From Camelus dromedarius (Eukaryota): a stretch of 64,000 nucleotides of DNA. Made by a program: the position numbers and the translations under genes. The number at the start of each line of letters is the position of its first letter. Position 1 is the stretch's first letter. Location: NCBI RefSeq assembly GCF_036321535.1, contig NC_087437.1, positions 99,202,001-99,266,000 on the forward strand, read 5' to 3'. This document shows positions 27,022 through 39,200 of this stretch, one piece after another. The notes below the pieces were generated by a model that saw nothing but the letters and a program-made list of their open reading frames with translations, was not told the DNA's origin and did no database searches.

Positions 27022-28699
27022 AGAAAATGAGGTCTACATATCTTAATTTGATTACCAGTAAAGTTTTCATGGTTTACTTGAAGATTTAGAAAGACCGGCC
27101 TTTGAAAGAAAACTTATCAACAAAGCGAGGCAAGTAATCACTTAGAGAAGAAGCATCTTACATTATATATCAAGTAACTAATTGACATCTTTGATTTCAG
27201 GTGTTTTACTTTCAATGTGTGTAGCAACTCAGAATTATAGATATATTTTCATTTATTATTTATGGTTTTATAATTGAGCCTTAGGGTCTCTTACTTGGTC
27301 TAGTTAGGAATTTGCCTCAATAATCCCTCCTACCAAAACTTGATTTTGACAAAATGTAGATAGAAGAGCTGTGCTTTCTTTAAAAAACATGCATATAAAA
27401 TGCAAAATCAACTTGAATACATTTTATAATACAAATCTTGCAAACGTTAATTAAAAAGAGGACAATAAGGTATACATTGATAAAAATAACATTCAGATTA
27501 TTTCTCTGTAATGTGGATGAATTATGTGTTATATACATGTGTCTATGTGGATATAGATGAATTTTGTTTCTCCTCATGTGCCCGCTGTAATGATGAATTC
27601 CATTCCTGATTGGAGAATTGTGTGTTAAAAATCAAAATATACCAATAAATATAGTTAAATATTGGTCAAACACTGTCTTAGGAAATAATCAATGCTTAAA
27701 GCTTAGCATTTTGATTTGAACAAGAAATGTGTAAATTATAAAATAATGAGAAAATACAGAGCTTCTGAGCACACCCCATTTTAATGGTTTTCTAATTAGC
27801 CAGAAAACAAAATGCAATTTTATTTACTTGAAAACAGTGGAGACAGAAATCTCCATTTCAGAATACTTATTTCTTTACAGTGTGGCTGAACGGCCATAAA
27901 AAATGCAAATCTGTTTTACTTTCTAGCTTCATTATACTTACACATTTTTTGATAGGTTGTCTACCCAGATCCTTTATTATACAATGAGGTAACCCCCAAA
28001 TGAAACCCCAAGCATCTTCTCTTTCTGGTCATCATATGCTGCCACTCTCCCCCTAGAAATTAATAGACTCTGTATGCTGGATCCTGCCTTTTCATCTCCT
28101 GCTGCAGAATCAGCAGTCATAACAGTATTCTGTTCATGAATATGTAAACGCAACACGCATAAAAAAAATTAGCGGGCGGTTCCCACTGCAGACTGTACCC
28201 AACTCTGACTAATACACGAAAAGCAAAGATTTAATTTTTCAAGCATTTTGAGTCAGTGTTGCAAAAAAATGCTGTAATTATTAACATGGAAATACATAAA
28301 TGAGACATGGAGATGCCCAGGACAATTGGACTCCTAATAAATCGGCATCTATGCACGGCTGTGGTGATGCGTGCAGTCACTTATTGCTTCACTCTAATGT
28401 CTAGTGATAAGGGGGAAACGCCTTAGATCCTCAGTAACCTTTTATTTGCTGACTAGGTTCCACTTCCATACCTCACCCCAATAAATGGCTAAAACAGTGT
28501 TTAAATTATGCATGTATACATGTACACATACATACACATGAATATAGATATATGCTTTTTTTCATTTGAAGGGGGGAAGTGATGACTATATCCGCTAGAG
28601 TATTCTGGAGTAAGCATTAAGCTCTCGGGAAGAAATAATTGGGGGATTTTATTATTGAAATAGCCAAGCATGTTCATGCATATTTTTACAGCATGCATG

Positions 28700-29000
28700 C
28701 CCAAGCGCCACCCTGTGCAAACAGTGCTATTGCAGCTCTTGCGCGGTAATTAGGTTGATGTAATTACGGTGAAATAAAGACAGCCTCACTTATAATTTCA
28801 CAGTGAATATTAAAGACATATGTGCCTTCCAGTGTACAATAAATGAACCTGAACTGCTGTCAGGGGCTAGGAGGACAGTGTGGCCAATGCACCTATTGTG
28901 TCCCTGCTGCAGAAAGGAGCCTGCCGATTGGCCACTGTCTGCAGCACATAGCGCTGGCTGGTTATAAAGGACTTGTCTAGGGGAGAGCCTGTAGGTACTC
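28700..29000 (+). promoter_or_regulatory. Candidate Pol II promoter/enhancer
   Basis: Paired TAATTA homeodomain sites (28747, 28761), CCAAT (28884), SOX-type CTATTGT (28893), reverse CCAAT (ATTGG, 28927) and TATAAA (28963). CpGs are locally retained, the context is repeat-free, and candidate exons follow downstream. Confidence 0.55.
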
Positions 29001-29137
29001 CATTGTCTGGTAAAGTTCATATGACTGCATTCTTTTTTGCAAGGGGGGTGGAGGGAGAACGGGTAAGGAGGGGGTGTCAGCTCAACTGTAAAAGCTGCAC
29101 AGATTTTTTTTCTTTCTCTCTCTCTGCCTCTCCATAG

Positions 29138-29246
29138 ATCGTTTCTGTTTCATGCCCTGTCTCATTTCGCATAGCTAAAAAAGAATGCTAATTAAGATCC
29201 CTTGTCTTAACCTGAAAATAATGACTCGGAGATAATTAGAAATCTG
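29138..29246 (+). ncRNA. Candidate non-coding/5'-UTR exon (109 nt)
   Basis: A ~30-nt pyrimidine tract ends in atag at 29137; donor CTG|GTGAGA at 29247. Confidence 0.4.
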
Positions 29247-29571
29247 GTGAGAGTTTAAAATTCTGGGAGGAGACTAAAAACATCAGTTACGGTGCTTAGG
29301 AGGGAAATGAAGAATTATTTTTCTGTAATCAAGGTAAACATGGGAGAGGGGGGTTCCCCCTATCCTTTTTTTTTTTTTTTAAACTAATTTGAGCCAATGG
29401 TGTTCTACTGCAGATGAGAGGATACTGTATTTCAAAAACTATTTTAGCCATCAAATTGAAAGGACACAAATCAGTAGCAATAGAAGCCTTCTTAATCCTC
29501 CTTAGGATGCAATTCAGATGAAAGAACTGCTTTTTTTCTTTTATTTTTCTTTTTGTATGTGTGTGTTATAG

Positions 29572-29855
29572 ATGGATCTGAGAAACGCTGTCTGGGCTTG
29601 GTGCCAAGTGCTGGCATTTCACAGCAGCGACCGCCTCACAGACGGGCTGTGGGAAGCAGGAGGGAGACTCTCTTAGGGTGCCACTACTATGGAGACACAG
29701 CTGGGCTGAACAAGATTTGCTTCAAACGACAACAAGAGAGACAGAAAGTATCTGGTTCAACCGCTGCCCAAGCAGGCAGGCACCAGAAGAGCTAGCAGCC
29801 AATCCGGCCATGCTCGAAGCCAGCTCTGCAGCTCAGCCAATCAGTGACATCACTG
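29572..29855 (+). ncRNA. Candidate lncRNA or 5'-UTR exon (284 nt)
   Basis: A long T-rich tract, then ttatag acceptor at 29571 and donor CTG|GTGAGA at 29856. The GC/CpG-richer composition is bounded by these two sites. Confidence 0.55.
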
Positions 29856-32800
29856 GTGAGAAACTCATTTACATCATGCAGTAATGAACTTTGTTTAACA
29901 TAGCCTCCCCCCTTTCCTCTTACCCCCTCCTCCCCATATTAGGTCCTTCCATTAATTATTCTGCTGGCATAATTTAAACCGCTATGCAAAAATGTGGCTA
30001 TATTCTTTCTGATAGCTTCTGCCTCCCCCCCTCCCCCTTACTGGTGTCTGCTGTCACTAAAATTATTCTGGGTTCAATTCTATTTTGTTTTGACCTTGCA
30101 AAATTATCTTCTCTTTCCTAAAAGAAATCTTAGAAAAAAAATTAAATCTTCGTTTATTTTACCTGACCCCGCTCCCCTCTTAGGAAAGCATGCTTTTGGC
30201 AAGTTGGGATTCAGGATTGTGCAAGGTAGTGGAGAATAAGGGGGTGCTTTGCCATGGAAGCTGCGATTTTTCCAAGCAATCTGCATCTTAGAACTTCCTT
30301 TAGTGTTTCCAGATTTTATGCTGCAGTGGCCATTTTTATGTACACTGTTTTATCTTAAAAAAACGCGTATGTGCATCTGTTACACAGAGGAAAGTTCACT
30401 CTTGTTATATTTCATTCTTCTCTGCTCTCAGCCAACATGTCATTTTATTAATGAATAGAACTGAGGTCATTTCTGGACAAATCTCTCTCTTCCCATCTCA
30501 GCACAATGAACCTGATTTGCATCCGTTTACTAGAAAAACTGAATGCAAGAACCAGTTTGAAAAGAAGTTAAGGGGCCAGCTTACATATTATTTCAGAATT
30601 TATCGCAGCGGTTTGTTTTTCAAAATGCGTAATATTTAACATCTGCCTTAGCGTTTCTATAAAAATGCCTGATCTCTATTCCCAATGTAATACCTTTAGC
30701 AAATTTATTGCTTTGTTATATAACCAAGATAGACCAAGTGAAATAATATTCAGGAATGAGTTCATTTAATCAACAGAATACCTTTGGAAACATAATTTTG
30801 TCTTGTACATTTGTATTTAGTTTGTCAGAGATAAACTCATTTGTTTTATAGATAAATTTAAAAGGCTGGAACATGTGGCATGTGAAGATTTTCAGGTTGC
30901 TTTAGAGAATCCCAAACAGCGGAAACTGGGTCACACTTAAATGCGATTTCTCTTAAGCCATATCTTTATTGCATATTGGCATGAAAGGGATACAGTTTTC
31001 TAGCAGAGAAGGTAGTTTCATTGTCTTTTTTTAAAAAGAATATTTTGAATATAATTATTCAAAGACATGGAATTTTAAAAACATTGACAAGGATTTCATA
31101 ACAGTGCATGATTCGTTTAAGAAGCTTAAAGAGTACAATGATAAGCATAGACACTTTTTTAAGCATATGAAGGATTTAGACGCTAAACCACGGCCCTTTT
31201 AATTCATGAGGCATTCCATCATCCCATCATCAGTATTCAGGGAGCGACTGTCCTGAATCAGTCATGAGCTCCCCTGCTGCAGATCCTGTAATTTGAATCA
31301 TGTGTAATAATATATTATCCTACTGGGGGCCTTCTTTCAGTAGGAGAATGGTTTATACATTCTGCTATAAGAGAACTTTTGGCTCCTAGCCGACGTACAG
31401 CCATTACTCACATAGGCAATCATGATCGTCTTCCTTAAGGAATAACATCTGCCCGACCTCCTGAGCCAAAAATCTGCAACCTCCCCCACGTTCTGAATTA
31501 CGATTTCTTGGAATTGGGAACACTTGACAAAACTGAAGGAGAAAAAATGGAAGGGTTAGGGAAATGGGTGGCAGTTTTATTGAGCATGCCATGTGGCGAA
31601 AGCACAGCTCCCATTCCTTTGAAATGTTGGAGAATGGTGAGGAAAGGGTGCCCCCAAATAGACCTAGATGTGTTTGTTTGATTTTGAGACACAAGCTAAA
31701 TTTTGATGTGTTGTATGGAGACGTGGCTGCATCTGTGTTTTGCTCTGGACATCCTAGCAAGGTCCTGCAAAGGGTGTGGCAACATGGAGGAATAAATGGA
31801 GGGCGGAGATGGTTGTGAAAGCAGAGAAGCCTTGTTCCTCCAGAGGAAGGATGCAGCGTGATAGAGCATGGAAACATTTGGCCCAGGAGTGAAACGTTCA
31901 AGAGATGGCTCTGATTCTTTCTCTCATTCTACCCTTGATCAGATCATGTATTTCTCTCTGGTTTTCCTTATCTGTAGAGGTTGAACACATGGCTAGCACA
32001 GAGAGATTCCCCCTGTGTGGACTGCTTCCCCACCTCCCACCCTTCCCTTTTTAATTATTAATTTTTTTTTGACATTTGAAATTTTTCTTTGCCTCAAGGA
32101 CCAGTTAAGTGTTTCCTTTTCTGTGAAATCTTTTCAAATCATTGTGGCCAGAACCTCTCACTTTTCCATTATTCCTTTTGTGCTTCCATTAGTGCATGCA
32201 TGGCAGTCAGCATTGCTGTAGGGCCACACGTGTGCCTATCTCTGCTACTAGACTGAAAGCTCTTTGGGGACTTAGACCACGTTGGATTTACCCTCCACCT
32301 CTAGTTCTATAAATAATATTATGTTCCTAAGTTTTAAATCAGTGTTCTAATTAATGAGTTAAAAGTGCACCGTCAATTATAGAGAGAGGGTTTACAAATG
32401 CCAGGGGTTACTATTGTTGCTGTCAACTACTACCATCCGGTACCAGTTGATGTCAGTTTTGCCTAATCAGTCTTAGGTCTTTCATTTCATCGGCCCTTCA
32501 TTATAAAGCTCAGAGTAAATGGTTGTTGCATCGTTTTTCTTAAATAACCAGTTGTGGGGAATTGTAAGTCCTCTATTTATCAAGTGTGGAATTAACCCAA
32601 CTTAGCTTGGTGTTTTAAAGCTTAAAAATAAATGAAATTCATGTAGATTAATTGTAAAGCAGCCAGGATAAGCAAATTATAGTATCGAGCTCCGCTGTTA
32701 CCAATGTGAAAGAATTAATTACTTGGAAGAGGTAAGCAATTAACGCTGGATGTTGAAATGCTCTGTAAAGCATAATAAATCAGAAAATATGGAACCCTGA

Positions 32801-34427
32801 GTCTTAGCATTATAATTGAGGTATGTATTTTTAATCTATAAGCTAGTACAATAATCTTTTAATAGTGTATTTCTACATGTTTTTGATATAATCTGATAAT
32901 GAAATGCCAAAATATGGTTGATTTTATGCTTCTCATCTATTTAAGTTTATACTTTTAGCTACTGTACTTACTGCTAAGGAGAAATTAATTTCTTTTCATA
33001 CAGTGATACTCTTGGTAATGTTTTGCAAGTTGTGTTTAGGTTTTAAATCTTTTACTTCAAACTGTTTGCCCAGAACATGTTGTGAGAAAAGAATGAAATA
33101 ACAGAAAATATATACACTTTTGCTTTTTATAACGAGGGAAATAGAAATAGAAAATGGAAACCAGATAGTCTGAAGTCCACATTTTGTAGAAGTCTTAGAG
33201 GGAGAAAGTATTGTGCCCAACAGTGGGTTCTGTCAGTTTCTTGGGACAGCTGAGACTGGTATCCAGGATTCAGAAAGACTGGTTCAGTATTCTTTCCACT
33301 CTCCCAAATAATCTGTATTTTTAAAATCAGCCAGATGGGGTTAAACAATTTAAAAATGCTAACATGAATTATATTCACTTATGTGATCCAGCATTGTGTG
33401 TGTGTATAGGATTCCTATTTTATGGTTGAGAACAAGGACACTGAACTCACTGAGGTGTATTTTTTTTTCCACTGCCCAATAAAGATGTAATCAACTACTA
33501 GTAAGTCATCATTTATATTAGTATTCTTTAAAGTAATTTTGATTTTGATGAAGAGAAAATGGAAGCCTGATATCCAAGTTCACTTTGCAGTGGCTTTGAA
33601 TTCAGTTAAAATAAATATTGTATCTTAAATCACAGGATTGGTTAAACATATTTGGGTGGGGCCAGTTTGAACTTTTTTTTATAGCCAATGAATTGTGCTG
33701 TTGTTACTGATTTTTTTTTCCTACTGAAGTCTCTAGTTATCTCAATGACAGTATTTTCTTCTAATCCAATATTTAAAAATAGATTTCTGAATCTTATAAA
33801 TCCTGAGAGATGAATTATGCCCACTTAGGGAACAAATGTTTCTCAAATACAGTAAGATAGTAGGGGTCTGTCCAGCTTCTGCTCAGAAAATGATATTTAA
33901 GAGCTCAAGGAGTGACTGAGTAAATGTGGAACATCTTATGGTTTGAGACATGGTAACCAAAAACCATTTGCATCTGAATAATATTGCTGTCTTTTCTAAA
34001 CTTATTAAAATAGTGTGATAAATTAGATAAAAGTAATAAAGCATTCTCCTTCATGTTGACAGTCTTGATGTCATAATCATCTGATTCTTACTCCAAAATT
34101 AACTCTTGCATTAGAAAGTGGGGCTAAATATTGGGACCTCTGCTTATACAATAAAACTGAGATTATAATTGAGAATCACTTATTTGTAAGATGAAACTGA
34201 CCTGAAAAGTTTGCATATTCTAGCTTTTTTTTTTTATACTTAACCCATAAAACATACTCAATATCAAGAGCAATGTCAAGTACATTTAGGAACTTAATGA
34301 ATATTTTTGTAACATTGATGATAACATGTCTCACTGTTAATGATTGATGACACGGCTCTGTAACTGGTTGCTGATACAAGAAGAGGAACAAAATAATGTG
34401 GATTAATGGCTGATACTCACTGGGGAT

Positions 34428-34608
34428 CACTTATGCCACGTGCTACACTATGTACCACGCAGGCATTATTTCATTTAATCCTCAAATCAACCCGTTGATA
34501 CTATTTATCTTCATTTTACCAAAGTCATGTGACTAAGTAAGAAGCAGCAAAACTGGGATTCAATCCAAAGATTCTGACTTGAGAGCCCACATTCTTAATC
34601 TCTGTGCC
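34428..34608 (-). mobile_element. MIR SINE
   Basis: cattatttcatttaatcctca...ctgggattcaatccaaagattctgacttgagagcccacattcttaa. Confidence 0.65.
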
Positions 34609-36067
34609 CAAATTGAATAATCAGTACATTTGATTTTGCTATTTGGCTGCAGGAGTAGAATGTTTTCTCATATACTGTGTCTATCACAAACACTTTGGTT
34701 CTTTTTTTTAGACATGCACATATATTTTACCTTAGTATTCTATAAATCAGTTTGAAAGCTACTGACCTAGCTATAGTATCTAGCTTAATATTTTCCTTAT
34801 ATTTTTCTATTTATGCAGTGATTCAAATCACTTAAGGTAATGCATGCAAAAGCAATTTTGAAACAGAAAAATACTAGATGAATGTAAGGTCATGGCACTA
34901 TTAGAATGCCTTTGTAAGTGTGAATCACTAAAAATTATTATTAGACTAAATGTTTCCGTTTCCTCTTTCCTATAGATATATTACTTATTAAATATGTCAC
35001 CTATTTTATGAGAAAATTAATGCTTATTGATTTGACAATTGCAGAATGTCACTTAATAGCCTCACTAGATCCTGACCATCCAGACATTTAAGGCATTTTA
35101 GCTTTCTCAATCCTGGTTACACATCTCTTGTTTACAACCCACTGCAATCCATGTGATGCTGAAAGAGAAGAATCTTGCAACTACTATTTGCTAATAAACC
35201 CTGTGCCTAATATTAGATTTTCTAGCTTTCACCTAGTGGTTAGGACTGCAAGACATAGTCAACAAGTTGTTGAATTTACACAATCAGTTTAATTTTGTGA
35301 AGGCAAAGGAGAAAACAGAAGTATGATTAGTTTCTTCCCTTTCTAGATGAATCACTGTCCATTTTCTTCTTCCATTTTCTTAGTTCCCTTCTCAAACATG
35401 TTGTGCATTTGCCACAAACTAGAAGCTGTGCAGACAATAATCTGGCCTCTTGAAATCTAGTTCAGTATTTTTAATTGATGTTCATTATGGAAATTCTACA
35501 GATCAATGTATGTATCAGTATAAAATTAGAGTTTAAGTGTTCAGTCTTACTATGTAATGTATGGTCCCATCTCCTCAAAAAAATGTAGAAAAGCAATAGT
35601 TTTGAGCCCTATGATTCTCATTTGAGCTTTCTTCACTTTGTCTGTGATTCTATAACCCTGACACCTAGAACTCAAAAGAATGCTCTTTGGAGGGTCTAAT
35701 GAATGTAGGCATAGGCAGGACTACAACTGTGCTCTTTGAAGACAGTAGGCCCATTGATGTGGTCTAAAGGCTCACTAGGGTTTCAGGGTCACGTGGTTTC
35801 CTAGGCCCAGCATTATCCTCCTCTGTAGTTAAGAGCTTCGTAATTCTTTTCTTTTCCTCCCAAGGTGTCTTTACTTCCATGTAACTAACAGTTTTCTGTT
35901 TGTGGGCAACAATGAAAGTCAATGTAGCAGTTTCTCTCATAGCTTTCTGAACCTGCCCAGAATGTACAAAGTGAAGTACTTAAGGTGTTCATTTTCAGAA
36001 TGAACATCAGAACTGATAATAAGGAAAACTATGTCAATTAGTACTTAATGATCACTTACTTCGTGGG

Positions 36068-36236
36068 GCAGTTTAGAAGTGGTTAGGAGCACAGGAATCT
36101 CTGGCCAAACACCTGGTTCTGAATCTAGATTCCATTACTTACTGGATACATAACCTTGGACCAGTCACGCAACTTCTCTGTTCCTCGGTTTCCTCCTTTG
36201 TATAATAATACCTATCGTATAAGATTGTGAGGATTC
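36068..36236 (+). mobile_element. MIR SINE
   Basis: gtggttaggagcacagg...ctggttctgaatc...cttactggatacataaccttgg...acttctctgttcctcggtttcctc. Confidence 0.75.
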
Positions 36237-39200
36237 TGTCTGTTTTTGCAAAGGATGGTGATATAAAGATAATAAATTCATGGTTTCTGTTTTTCAAAGT
36301 GCACAGTGTAGTTGGGGAGTGTGAATGAGTGAGTGGGTGAGTGTTTGTGTATTTAAATAAATAGTAATACGGTGTAGTCCAGTGCTACAACAGAGATGTG
36401 TTCCTGCTTGTGTAAACACTTTGGTTTATTGATTCTACTCCACGTATTGAATTAGATTTTCCTTTTATTTGAACAAGTTATCAAACTATTGTTATAATTA
36501 TCGGTTTTATCCCATCTAATATTGATTTCATTTAAAAAGTTTTTTTAAAGACTGTATAATCTGTTCATGATACTGGTATAATTTTACAAATTCAGGCAAC
36601 TAATTATATTTAATTCATTTACTCTACTCTTTCCTTCCTTACTCTTGGATTTGTCGGAAAAAACAAATGTCCTAAGACATATATAAAGATACATGAAAAC
36701 ACTTTGATTTTTTTTTAGACCATGATACTCTGAATGACCAATGGATAGGCCTATAATCGGTGACATTCTGTACAGAAGGTTAACCCACAGTCCAAGTGTC
36801 TAATGCTCATGAATCAGATATCTGATACCCATGGACTTTCCTGTAGCAATCTTCATTGTGCTCAGGAATTAAAAAAAAAAACAACAGATTCTACACAGAA
36901 GACCTGGGTTAGAACCCTGTAAACTCTCTAAGCCCCACTTTTCTTATTATAAAATAAGGATAGTTATAATGACTACCAAAAAAGATAATTGTGTGGGTGA
37001 AATAATAAGATCTGTGGAATAATGTTAGGTTTTCTCTCTCTCCTGTAGGCGTTATAAAGCCTGTTCAAGTGTGTGTTTAAATGTCAATAAGAGCATTATG
37101 ATTTCAATAAAATGCCAGCCTCTCAGGAGACCTCTAGTATGATATGTTTTATACAATAGAGAGTAAGATTGCTTTTGTTTGCACTTCAAATCAAAACCGC
37201 CATTAATTTGGCTGACTTGAGGGGATTATGAGTGCAACTTAATTAAATCAGATTTTTAAAAAACCTTAACTTGGGAATGACTGAGTCTACAAATAGTTGC
37301 ATTTTTAAAAAAGGTACAAGAACCTCTCTCTTTCTCCACCCCCTACTCCCAAGAACTTAACATACTTGAGTAGACAAGAGAATCACAAAGGGTTTCTGAT
37401 GATTGAGGCAGAGGGATGTTCAAAGGTATATAGATTTGCAAGATGCAACTACTTGTCAGGAGTATTAGTAGAGTGAAGAAATAATATGCTATATTCAATA
37501 TCATATCTGAACCCCTATGTGCCAATTTTATGTTTTATAATTTCATCCTACCTATTAAGATTTGCTGCTACTTCCTTCTAGCTCTGTTCATGTTTTTTTT
37601 CATGGTGTCAATAATGATGATGGTGATTGAATGAACTTTGTCATGATATCTTGCAGGTGTAGTTATTGGTTGAACTATGAATATAAGAGTAGCAAAAAGT
37701 TACACATTATTTGGGGTATCGTATAGTCATATTGTCTTTTGCTAATCTTTGTTCTCATTTTTCTTGTAAGCAGCAATTAGCTAACATCCTATTAAGTACA
37801 TCCAAAAGTAGTCTTGGATGTCAGTGTCATTGTGCATTAGGATATATTTGGCTTTTCAGTTCTTAAAAGCTATTCATTTTGCTATGGAGTTAAATTTTGC
37901 CACTACCTTCCCAGCAACGATAGTTTCAGATTCTTCAAAATTTCATTAAACTTAATTGCTTTTTTACCTTTGTTATATAATAATCAATTTTCTAGAATTG
38001 ACTGACTGGGTTTTTACTGCTGTAGAAACACGGCCTTTCACTGGGTATAGACTTTAGCAGGAGTCCGTTCAAGAGACCATACACACCTGTTTCCCCAGGG
38101 ACACGTCGAGTGAATGCCTGATATCCAGGGATGATTACTAAGGATATGCTCTTTCATTTTGCATAATGATCCATTTTAGATTAGAAATTATGTGGCTCCT
38201 CTATAATATATAAATTCCTGAATGGTTTGCCAAGTTTACATTTTCAATAACATTTTCTGTTGCATTCATTTGTACTTTGCAGATCATACAAACTGAGTTT
38301 CGGTTTTGAAAGTATGGATCGTAGTAGTGATAGATAAATTTGTTGACGTGTTAGACACTCAGTGCATAGTTGCTGAATTAAACTCTCTCATTTAAACATC
38401 AGATTTCATTAGTACTCTACATTAATAGCAGGAAGCAGTCCAGGATGTTAATTCTTTTAACAAATATTGGTTAAGTGCTATCTGTGTACCAATCTGCTAT
38501 GAGCACGGAAGGACACAGCAGTAAAGCAAATAGACAATGTCCCATGTTCTCATGAAGCTTGTTCTCAGGGTTCTTTACAGGGTAATAACATAAGTTATAC
38601 TGATGGGATTTTGCTCTCTTATATAAATTGCTTTGTTAAAAGGAAGGCTTCATTTAAAACCCAGTCTATTCTTAGTAAGACAGCTCTGTGATGTGGGCTA
38701 ACTTCATACCATGAATTCCTACTGGGTACATTCTTCTTTCTCTCACTCAATACTTACCTGATAGCTTAAGCCCTCCTTGAGTTGATGGTGCCAGTTGCCT
38801 GTAATTTTCCTATTACAATTTAACAAAGAAGAAGCATAGAAAATCAAATTCCTAGCAGTCTTGTTATCTTCTATATTCTAGCCAACATGTAAATGTACAT
38901 AGATAACTTATTACTTCATTTGTCTTTGAAAACTTTCATTTTTCCTTATGAGACAGGCAGGTTATTGTCATTTTCTACCAACATATATAAAATTTATCTT
39001 TTTAAATGCATCCTGGAGCTTTTCAAATGATTTCTCTTTGGAGAAGTCACCTTTTCTTCATATTTGGGTCTCCATAAAGCCCATGAATATTTAAAAATTT
39101 TATTGACTTATGGGCATAAAAGAAATAATCAGCAATTTGTATAACAACACATACTTACTCAAAATGAGAGCAATCATATAGTAAAATCAGAACCATTTAT

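Noticed and set aside
29553..29884. 80-aa and 68-aa ORFs over the candidate exon as a known protein-coding gene
   Set aside because: Both start at non-ATG codons, each runs across a predicted splice site, and I recognise no protein family. No gene symbol assigned.
31404..31901. 165-aa minus-strand ORF
   Set aside because: Non-ATG start, no recognisable domain and no supporting exon structure; consistent with chance.
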